Shown piece by piece: positions 8,432-15,315 of a DNA stretch of 16,586 nt. Position 1 is the first letter of the stretch; each line of letters opens with the position of its first letter. Source of the stretch: an uncultured Nitrospinaceae bacterium (GTDB taxonomy: Bacteria; UBA8248); assembly GCA_964005815.1 (NCBI GenBank), contig CAXFSR010000035.1, positions 1 to 16,586 on the forward strand, in the 5' to 3' direction. The position numbers and the translations under genes were made by a program. The notes under the pieces were generated by a model. That model made no database searches. It was not told where the DNA came from and saw only the letters and a program-made list of their open reading frames with translations.

Positions 8432-9172
8432 TTATTTGTAGGCTTGTATTTTCAAGGAAATTACAGGAGAAAAATCTTTTTCATCAGAAATTTGAATATC
8501 TGTAAAACCAACATTAGTAAGAAGTTCAAGCCAGTCAGATTTACTTATAACTCCACCTAGTGATGAATTCCAAGCACTCGGATCCTGCTCTATTTCGTCT
8601 GGCAAAGAATTTTTAAGGGCCAATTCTCTTAAAATTAATTTACCTTTTGGTTTTAAAATTCTATATGCTTCACTGAAAGCGATCTTTTTTTTTACAATTA
8701 AATTAAATGACGCATTCGCAAACAAGAAATCAGCAAATTCATCCTTTAAGGGTATTTTCTCCATATCACCTAAAACAGGAAAAATATTTTTTTTGCCGTT
8801 TTTGTCGATACTTTTCTGAAGTTTATTGACCATAGGAAAAGCAAAATCAAGAGAAATCACTCTTCCCTTATTTTCTAAAAAATCAGATACAAGCAGGCTA
8901 TCAAGACCCACTCCACAACCTAAATCAACTACCGTCTGAAAATTAGAAAATTCAATAGATTCAAATGGAAAACCACATCCACAATATGAATCTGTTATGT
9001 CCTTAGATAATTTACTTAATAATTTTTCTGGATATCCATCTCGGATAGACCTAATAGTGCCACCTGGAGGAAAACCGTTTGATGAACTCAAGTCCCCATA
9101 CCTTTTTTGTACAAAATCTTTGACCTGCTTCTCCCATTTTTCAGGTCTTTTTCCAGAAATATAAACAGGCAT
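8432..9172 (-). CDS. Class I SAM-dependent methyltransferase, arsenite methyltransferase (ArsM)-like
   Basis: 'VQKRYGDL', 'SYCGCGFP', SAM motif I 'VVDLGCGVGLD', 'GDMEKIPL', 'EAYRILKPKGKL'. Start re-placed at ATG 9172 (MPVYISG), 5 nt after the upstream stop, instead of the overlapping 9205 in the ORF track. Confidence 0.85.
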   Translation of the reverse strand: MPVYISGKRPEKWEKQVKDFVQKRYGDLSSSNGFPPGGTIRSIRDGYPEKLLSKLSKDITDSYCGCGFPFESIEFSNFQTVVDLGCGVGLDSLLVSDFLENKGRVISLDFAFPMVNKLQKSIDKNGKKNIFPVLGDMEKIPLKDEFADFLFANASFNLIVKKKIAFSEAYRILKPKGKLILRELALKNSLPDEIEQDPSAWNSSLGGVISKSDWLELLTNVGFTDIQISDEKDFSPVISLKIQAYK

Positions 9173-9177
9173 GACAA

Positions 9178-9918
9178 CTAATGAGGCATATGAGCCGGAT
9201 TCCAAAACTCTCCGGTTCTAATTGTTTTAGCTTGATTCACCCCATCAGGAACCCAGCTTTCTTCATTTAACTTCGCCTGTGACTCAAAATCATATTCCAC
9301 TCTATTAATCTCAACTTCCCAATTTCCCTTTCCGGTATATTCAAGGATAACATATGCAGGTCTATTGTCTCCATCCCAATTTACTGCAGCAGAAGCGGCA
9401 CATACAAGTGTATGTTGTCCTACCTCTCTTACATAAGGACCATGAACTTGCCCAAAAGCCAAAAGTTCTGAAGTGGAACCTGCGAGACGTTTTAAAATCT
9501 CTTCATCTGACAGTCTTAAAGGCAAAGCTCCCTCATCATTCCCTGGAGAACCATGAAAAACATGCATTTCATGCCCAGGTTCAGGAGAAATTTTCAACTC
9601 TTGTGGCAATCCTCTGAGCCAATTAATCTGATCTTCGGAAAGACGCTCTCTAGTCATCCTAGAGCCTTCATTTCTTTGGGGAAAAGGATTATCTTGTTCG
9701 TCTACTTTGTCTATCACCCAACGATCAAAATTTCCTAAAATGGGCAAACAATTTTTCCTAGAACGAAGACGTTCAACAACTTCAGAAGGTTCAGGTCCAC
9801 CCATCACATGATCCCCAATCACTATTTCCCAATGCACATTCAGTTTATCTATCTCCTCCAAAACAATGTCTAAAGGTGCTAATTGTGCGTGTATATCAGA
9901 ATATAGAGCTATCTTCAT
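9178..9918 (-). CDS. Metallophosphoesterase (calcineurin-like, YfcE/PrpA-type) with atypical motifs
   Basis: 'MKIALYSDIHA', 'IGDHV..GP', 'ILGNFD', 'FHGSP', 'FGQVH', 'DGDNRPAYVIL', 'RVEYD'; SD GGAG. Confidence 0.88.
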   Translation of the reverse strand: MKIALYSDIHAQLAPLDIVLEEIDKLNVHWEIVIGDHVMGGPEPSEVVERLRSRKNCLPILGNFDRWVIDKVDEQDNPFPQRNEGSRMTRERLSEDQINWLRGLPQELKISPEPGHEMHVFHGSPGNDEGALPLRLSDEEILKRLAGSTSELLAFGQVHGPYVREVGQHTLVCAASAAVNWDGDNRPAYVILEYTGKGNWEVEINRVEYDFESQAKLNEESWVPDGVNQAKTIRTGEFWNPAHMPH

Positions 9919-10049
9919 AGTTTATTCTCCGCGAAAAAATTAACAACACATAAATTTATTTAAATTTATCATAATTTATGACAATAAAATCATAAAATTT
10001 ATTAAATAGTTTTTTTTTCGACCTGTTAAGCTAAATTTCAAGAATAAGG

Positions 10050-10078
10050 TTGACAACCCGTTATCGTTAATTTAATTT
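10050..10078 (+). promoter_or_regulatory. Sigma70-type promoter for ino1
   Basis: Perfect TTGACA (10050-10055), 17-nt spacer, TAATTT (10073-10078); implies a leader of about 135 nt. Confidence 0.5.
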
Positions 10079-10086
10079 CACCTTTG

Positions 10087-10167
10087 CCATGTTTTCTGTT
10101 TCATCCCATTGGCGATAACCCATTTCTATAAGAGGTAGGGTTAAACCTTGCTAATTAAAAATCATGG
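10087..10167 (+). ncRNA. Candidate structured 5' leader of ino1 (no family recognised)
   Basis: Nested stems ATTGGCGA/TTGCTAAT, TAACCC/GGGTTA and ATTTCT/AGAGGT (20 bp, the four non-Watson-Crick pairs all G-U on the + strand), plus outer CCATG/CATGG. Confidence 0.4.
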
Positions 10168-10220
10168 AATACAAGCTTTGTTAATCTCATCATTTAAGAA
10201 AAAACTGGGGGTTTCGAAAT

Positions 10221-11351
10221 TTGACTGAAACTATTCGTGTTGCAATAGCTGGAGTTGGAAATTGTGCCAGTTCTCTCATTCAGGGGATTGAGTTTTATAA
10301 GAATAATCCTCAAGAAGAAATTGGCCTTATGAATAGAAATATTAACGAGTATGGGCCAGAGAATATAGAGATAGTTTCAGCATATGATATAGATGTTAGA
10401 AAAGTTGGAAGGCCCTTGCATGAAGCTGTTTTTGCCCATCCCAACTGTACAAAAACAATATGGGAAGATCTTCCAGACTATGACGTTGAGGTTAAAATGG
10501 GTCCTATACTAGATGGTGTAGCTTCCCATATGTCCGACTATCATCCAGACAAAACATTTGTACCGGCTGAGTTAGAACCCGCTGACGTTGTAAAAGATCT
10601 GAAAGAAAACGGTGTAGAAATTCTGTTAAATTTTATGCCTGTTGGTTCAGAAAAAGCTGCAAAATTCTACGCAGAAGCTGCACTTGAATCAGGCGTTTCT
10701 TTCATTAATTGCATGCCAGTTTTCATCGTATCAGATCCAGAATTTGCTAAAAGATTTGCTAGAGCAGGTATTCCTGTAATCGGGGATGACGTAAAAGCTC
10801 AATTAGGCGCAACTATTCTTCATAGAACAATTGCCAAACTTTGTTCTGATAGAGGCATAAAAGTAAAACGGACCTACCAATTAAATACTGGGGGTAATAC
10901 TGACTTTTTGAACATGCTAGAGCGTTCTCGTCTAAAATCAAAAAAGATTTCCAAAACATCATCCGTTCAAGGTGAGTTAAATATTCCTCTAGAAGAAGAA
11001 AATATTCATATTGGGCCGAGCGACTACGTCCCTTGGCAAAAAGACAACAAAATTTGTTTTTTAAGGATTGAAGGAGAAGGTTTTGGTGGAATCCCACTTG
11101 AATTAGAAGCAAGGCTTTCAGTTGAAGATTCTCCAAATTCTGGTGGAGTAGTAATAGACGCAATCCGTTTAGCCAAAATCGCTCGGGACAGAAAAGAATC
11201 CGGTCCACTTTTTGCTGTAAGTGCATTTTTTATGAAACATCCACCAGTACAAATGACAGACACTAAATCTTTACAAATGATACAGGACTTTATTTCAGGT
11301 AACAGAAAAGCCTCTGAACCTGTAAGTACAAAATCAAATGGCAACAAGTAA
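10221..11351 (+). CDS. ino1: Myo-inositol-1-phosphate (inositol-3-phosphate) synthase
   Basis: 'IRVAIAGVGNCASSLIQG', 'NFMPVGSE', 'IGDDVKAQLGAT', 'YQLNTGGNTDFLNM', 'SKKISKT', 'HIGPSDYVPW', 'VEDSPNSGGVVIDAIR', 'FMKHPP'; TTG start. Confidence 0.96.
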   Translation: MTETIRVAIAGVGNCASSLIQGIEFYKNNPQEEIGLMNRNINEYGPENIEIVSAYDIDVRKVGRPLHEAVFAHPNCTKTIWEDLPDYDVEVKMGPILDGVASHMSDYHPDKTFVPAELEPADVVKDLKENGVEILLNFMPVGSEKAAKFYAEAALESGVSFINCMPVFIVSDPEFAKRFARAGIPVIGDDVKAQLGATILHRTIAKLCSDRGIKVKRTYQLNTGGNTDFLNMLERSRLKSKKISKTSSVQGELNIPLEEENIHIGPSDYVPWQKDNKICFLRIEGEGFGGIPLELEARLSVEDSPNSGGVVIDAIRLAKIARDRKESGPLFAVSAFFMKHPPVQMTDTKSLQMIQDFISGNRKASEPVSTKSNGNK

Positions 11352-11384
11352 CTAAAAAAGAAAGATTTTTTGATTACAAATTTC

Positions 11385-11412
11385 TTGACATAACCTATAT
11401 TTATTGTAATAT
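11385..11412 (+). promoter_or_regulatory. Sigma70-type promoter downstream of ino1, pointing into the structured intergenic region
   Basis: TTGACA (11385-11390), 16-nt spacer, TAATAT (11407-11412). Confidence 0.45.
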
Positions 11413-11418
11413 GAGTGA

Positions 11419-11635
11419 ATGTAGTAACTTCTTTTTACACCCCTTACAATTCGCCCGATTTATTAAAGTTAACCCGTCCAATAATTTTATTGAAAGTTAC
11501 AGTTTAACTGCGGGGCGGGGGAATCCTTCCTTGTTTTTCTCAAGTAAGAATTTCATTGCCGAGTTTTATCATGGGATCCTCCCCTATGTGTATGTATGAA
11601 TTCAAGAATTTCCTCTGTTCCGCAGTTTAATTTTT
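11419..11635 (+). ncRNA. Candidate ~215-nt two-domain non-coding RNA (no family recognised)
   Basis: Domain 1 closed by GTAACTT (11424-11430) / AAGTTAC (11494-11500). Domain 2 closed by an 18-bp stem 11506-11523 / 11610-11627 (14 Watson-Crick + 4 G-U). Upstream promoter and downstream T-rich run. Confidence 0.5.
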
Positions 11636-11927
11636 AGATGAACTAATTTCCAAAAACAATTCCCAAAATTAAAAATACACTTTTCATAAGAGTCAAAAAG
11701 GTGATATTTTATTTTTTTAAATTTAAATATTTTAAAAGACTTTATATTTATGTTCATTTCTTATTGTAAATTTTCTTTTGGCTTCACCTGACGTTAACCC
11801 ACCTCAACTGGATTGTCTGAGTTCGTTCTCTTCATTACAAAATAGTTCTGATTTACTTTTTTACAAAAGTTGTCAAGATTTTAAAATTTCAATCGATATT
11901 AATATAATTATAAGGAAGATAATTAGA

Positions 11928-12779
11928 ATGAAATCTACGTTTTTATGCTTACTGTTAATTTTTTTTACTTTTGCAAATTCCTTTGCTGGAGAAAATATTC
12001 TCCGTATTTCAACTATTCCGGATGAATCGCCAACTGAACTAATAAGAAAATTTAAACCTCTAACAAAATATTTATCGAAAGAAATAGGATTGGACGTGAA
12101 GTTCACCCCTTTAACAAACTATGCTGCAACCGTCGAAGCACTATCGGCAGGAAAAGTAGATCTAGTTTGGTATGGTGGATTCACACATGTTCAAGCGAGG
12201 ATAAGAACACAAGGAAAAGCTATTCCGTTAGTTATGCGAAAACGTGACCTCGAATTTAGAAGCAAATTTATTAAAAATATCAATTCAAAAATTCAAGGAT
12301 TGAGAGATTTAAAACAAAAAACATTTGCTTTTGGAAGCGTAAGTAGTACTTCAGGTCACCTTATGCCAAGATTCTTTTTAAAAAAAGTAGGTCTAAAACC
12401 AGAAATTGATTTTTATAAATTTAGTTTTAGTGGAGCACATGATGCTACCGCTAAATGGGTTGAAGCAGGCAAAGTTGACGCTGGTGCTTTGAACGAGGCT
12501 GTATGGGAAAAACTTGTGAAATCACGAAAAGTTGATCTGAAAAAAGTAAAAGTTTTTTATACTACTCCCCCATATGTTGATTATAACTGGACAGTTAGAA
12601 AAGGATTGGGAAGAGATATCTTAAGTAAAATCACTTCTGCCTTTCTAAAACTTAACCGTAATAATCCAGAACATAATGAAATTCTTAAACTACAAAGAGC
12701 AGAAAAATATATTATAGCATTTGTAAGTGACTTTGATGCTATTCGCACTGCAGCAAAAGAAGCCGGTCTTCTAAAATAA
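11928..12779 (+). CDS. phnD: PhnD/PtxB-superfamily ABC substrate-binding protein, resembling the 'putative selenate' clade
   Basis: Likely start is ATG 11928 (SD TAAGGAAG; signal peptide MKSTFLCLLLIFFTFANSFA), not 11778. Motifs 'STIPDESPTEL', 'YAATVEAL', 'VWYGGFT', 'FGSVSSTSGHLMP', 'SGAHDAT', 'TPPYVDYNW'. The symbol denotes the family; the substrate is unproven. Confidence 0.85.
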   Translation: MKSTFLCLLLIFFTFANSFAGENILRISTIPDESPTELIRKFKPLTKYLSKEIGLDVKFTPLTNYAATVEALSAGKVDLVWYGGFTHVQARIRTQGKAIPLVMRKRDLEFRSKFIKNINSKIQGLRDLKQKTFAFGSVSSTSGHLMPRFFLKKVGLKPEIDFYKFSFSGAHDATAKWVEAGKVDAGALNEAVWEKLVKSRKVDLKKVKVFYTTPPYVDYNWTVRKGLGRDILSKITSAFLKLNRNNPEHNEILKLQRAEKYIIAFVSDFDAIRTAAKEAGLLK

Positions 12780-12804
12780 TTATGTTTATTCTTAAGGATA
12801 TCTC

Positions 12805-13605
12805 ATGAATCCGGCTTTTGAATTAAAAAATGTTTCCAAGAAATTTAAACGCTCAAATGGAGGTTGGAGTAACGCCCTTTCGGGCGTAAGTTTCAAAATT
12901 CAATCTGGCGAATTTCTTGCCATTATAGGACCAAGCGGCGCTGGGAAAACAACATTAATGCGACTACTAAATTTAACTCTTCGACCAAGCGAAGGAGAAA
13001 TACTCTTAGAGGGTCAAAACCCATTAAATTTAAATGCCTCTTCTCTACGTAAACTAAGAACAAAAACTGGAAGTATATATCAACAATTTGATATTGTTCC
13101 TTCAATACGGGTCATACACAATATTCTTTCAGGTAAACTTCCATCCTGGTCTTTTTTAAAATCCTTTCTTTCCCTCATTTATCCAATCGATATTACATCA
13201 GCTGCAAGGGTTGCAGAAAAAGTAGGTATTTTAGAGTGTCTATGGGAAAAAACATCTAAACTAAGTGGGGGAGAACAACAAAGAGTTGCTATTGCAAGAA
13301 CACTTATACAGAATCCGAGTCATATTTTGGCAGACGAACCAGTAGCAAGCGTAGACCCTTCACGCGCAGATTCTATCCTTATTCTATTGAAAAAATTGAG
13401 CGAAGAAAACAAAACTACTTTGGTTGTAAATATTCACGATATAGCTCTGGCTTTAAAATTTTTTCCAAGAATAATAGGCATTAGAAACGGAAAAATAGAA
13501 TTCGATCTAAATTCCAAAGAAATCACTAAAGAAATTCTACAGAAACTTTACGAAGGAGATAAAGAATTTCAATACGAATCTTTAAATAAACTTAAAAATA
13601 TATAG
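12805..13605 (+). CDS. phnC: Phosphonate-type ABC transporter ATP-binding protein
   Basis: Walker A GPSGAGKT, 'LSGGEQQRVAIAR', 'ILADEPVASVDP', 'RIIGIRNGKIEFD', all characteristic of PhnC. Confidence 0.9.
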   Translation: MNPAFELKNVSKKFKRSNGGWSNALSGVSFKIQSGEFLAIIGPSGAGKTTLMRLLNLTLRPSEGEILLEGQNPLNLNASSLRKLRTKTGSIYQQFDIVPSIRVIHNILSGKLPSWSFLKSFLSLIYPIDITSAARVAEKVGILECLWEKTSKLSGGEQQRVAIARTLIQNPSHILADEPVASVDPSRADSILILLKKLSEENKTTLVVNIHDIALALKFFPRIIGIRNGKIEFDLNSKEITKEILQKLYEGDKEFQYESLNKLKNI

Positions 13606-13615
13606 AAAGCATTTC

Positions 13616-14467
13616 TTGAAAATAAATTCTTTGCCGCAAAGACCCAAATTCTCTGTAAAAAAAATTTTTTGGGTAACCATTGTTACTATTATCATCTTCG
13701 CAAGTTTTGTTTTTACGAATTCAAATCCTTTTCTGCTTTTTTCTATAAATTCTCTTAGTTCTATGGGGAAATTCCTTAAAGGCTTCTTATCACCCGAGAT
13801 CTCTTTTAATTTTGTTCTTTCAACAATCAAGCCTATCCTGCTAACAATTCAACTTGCCACAGCAGGAGTAATAATCGCTGTAATTATAGGATTTCCTATG
13901 GCTTTTTTTGCATCGAGTAATTTCTTTCTCCCTGGACCACTAACTGAGGGCGATCCAAAACTAAAGTATTGGATTAAAACCATTCATTACTTCCCCTACA
14001 TTGTATCAAGAGCAATATTAAATCTTATGCGATCGATTCCTGAACTTATATGGGCTTTATTATTCGTTCGGATACTCGGTCTAGGACCGGAAGCAGGAAT
14101 TATGGCAATAGGTATAGCTTATGCGGGAATTATAGGAAAAGTTTTTTCAGAAATTCTAGAAAACACAGAATCAAACGGAATTCAGGCTCTAAGATCATTC
14201 GGAGCATCTAGACCAAAAATTATTTTATTTTCAATCCTTCCATCTGCAACAAAAAATTTAATTTCTTATATTTTGTATCGATGGGAATGTGCTATGCGTG
14301 CAGCTGCTATTCTAGGATTTGTAGGTGCGGGTGGTATAGGCCAAGAAATCGAGATTTCTATGAGGATGTTTGACTATAGCAAATCTGCAACATTGATTAT
14401 CGAACTTTTTCTTCTAGTTTCATTAACAGATCTGATAAGTGGTTATATTCGGAGAAAAATTTCATGA
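13616..14467 (+). CDS. phnE: Phosphonate-type ABC transporter permease
   Basis: 'RSIPELIWALLFVRILGLGP', 'GKVFSEILE', 'LYRWECAMRAAAILGFVGAGGIG'; TTG start uncertain. Confidence 0.9.
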   Translation: MKINSLPQRPKFSVKKIFWVTIVTIIIFASFVFTNSNPFLLFSINSLSSMGKFLKGFLSPEISFNFVLSTIKPILLTIQLATAGVIIAVIIGFPMAFFASSNFFLPGPLTEGDPKLKYWIKTIHYFPYIVSRAILNLMRSIPELIWALLFVRILGLGPEAGIMAIGIAYAGIIGKVFSEILENTESNGIQALRSFGASRPKIILFSILPSATKNLISYILYRWECAMRAAAILGFVGAGGIGQEIEISMRMFDYSKSATLIIELFLLVSLTDLISGYIRRKIS

Positions 14468-15315
14468 ATCCTAAAATCATCCCACCCAGACCATCTCCCA
14501 TACAAAAGAATTTTTCGCTTATTCTAATATCTGTTTTTGTTTTCTGGAGTTTTTCAATTGGGGATGGATCTTTTTTAGACCTTTTTTATGCAAAAAATCT
14601 AGACCAGATAAAAACTTACATTTCAAAGTTTTGGCCAATTGATTTACAAAGATCTTTTTTGTCCTTGACCGTTTTTGCCGCTCTTGAAACTCTCGCAATA
14701 TCGATTGCTGGAACAGTTATATCCATATTTATTGCAATTTTCACTCTTTATACTTCTACTTCAACAAAAGTTTTAAATACTGGAGGAGAATGGGAAACGT
14801 CCTACCACAAAGACAATTTATTGCAGGCGTCTGCTCTATTCATGACAAAAGCAATCTTGAATTTTTTTAGAACAATTCCTGAAATTATTTGGGCGGTTAT
14901 TTTTGTTTTTGCAACTGGACTAGGTCCATTTGCAGGAGTGCTAGCGATAGGAGTCCATAATGCTGGAGTTTTAGGGAAGTTATTTTCTGAAACTATAGAA
15001 AACGTAAAATTACAACCTATAGAATCTATTAGGGCTTCAGGTTCAAAGAAAAGTTTAGCTTTTTTATATGCCGCATTACCTCAAGCATTTCCTCAATTAA
15101 TTGCATATTGTTTATATCGCTGGGAAGTTAATATAAGGACCGCTGCGATACTCGGTTTAGTAGGAGCAGGCGGATTGGGACAACAAGTCCATATCGCTAT
15201 CTCTCTTTTTCTAGAATCTAGAGTTGCCACCCTTACTCTTGCTATTTTCTTCCTAGTTAACTGTGTTGATTTTCTAAGTAGTTGGATACGAAAAAAATTA
15301 GATGTCAATTTATAA
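14464..15315 (+). CDS. phnE: Phosphonate-type ABC transporter permease, second copy
   Basis: 'RTIPEIIWA', 'GLGPFAGVLA', 'LGKLFSE', 'LYRWEVNIRTAAILGLVGAGGLG'; ATGA overlap with the preceding gene. Confidence 0.9.
   Translation: MNPKIIPPRPSPIQKNFSLILISVFVFWSFSIGDGSFLDLFYAKNLDQIKTYISKFWPIDLQRSFLSLTVFAALETLAISIAGTVISIFIAIFTLYTSTSTKVLNTGGEWETSYHKDNLLQASALFMTKAILNFFRTIPEIIWAVIFVFATGLGPFAGVLAIGVHNAGVLGKLFSETIENVKLQPIESIRASGSKKSLAFLYAALPQAFPQLIAYCLYRWEVNIRTAAILGLVGAGGLGQQVHIAISLFLESRVATLTLAIFFLVNCVDFLSSWIRKKLDVNL

Noticed and set aside
9173..9205. Methyltransferase start at 9205 given by the ORF track
   Set aside because: It overlaps the phosphoesterase 3' end by 28 nt; ATG 9172 just after the upstream stop is more parsimonious.
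3238..9738. Short ORFs inside the minus-strand operon (3238, 3582, 4710, 5795, 6704, 6973, 9354, 9553)
   Set aside because: They overlap well-supported genes, antisense or out of frame, and show no recognisable motifs.
10108..10155. Fluoride riboswitch, suggested by GGCGAT...GCTAAT
   Set aside because: The GGCGATGGxGTTCGCC stem and the downstream pseudoknot partner are absent, and ino1 is not a fluoride-related gene.
11411..11599. 62-aa + strand ORF MSECSNFF...
   Set aside because: No SD, the ATG overlaps the predicted -10 element, the composition is unremarkable, and the region is better explained by RNA structure. Not fully excluded.
11500..11630. MITE with target-site duplication (CAGTTTAA at 11500-11507 and 11623-11630)
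   Set aside because: The direct repeat overlaps the inverted arms themselves, there is only one copy in the window and no transposase, and G-U-only mismatches favour RNA-level selection.
11502..11631. Integron attC site (minus strand ATTAAAC...GTTAAAC, 130 bp, opposite strand folds better)
   Set aside because: The R'' box deviates from RYYYAAC, there is no unpaired spacer or extrahelical-base pattern between R and L boxes, and no integrase or cassette array is present.
11794..11835. 13-aa minus-strand ORF MKRTNSDNPVEVG
   Set aside because: No SD and no informative residue bias; too short to support from sequence alone.
11778..11927. 50-aa N-terminal extension of the PhnD-like protein in the ORF track
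   Set aside because: The signal peptide and SD place the start at ATG 11928; the extension crosses intergenic motif copy B.
10813..15308. Minus-strand ORFs within ino1 and the phn-type genes (10813, 11024, 11873, 12923, 13582, 15093)
   Set aside because: Antisense shadows of confidently identified genes.
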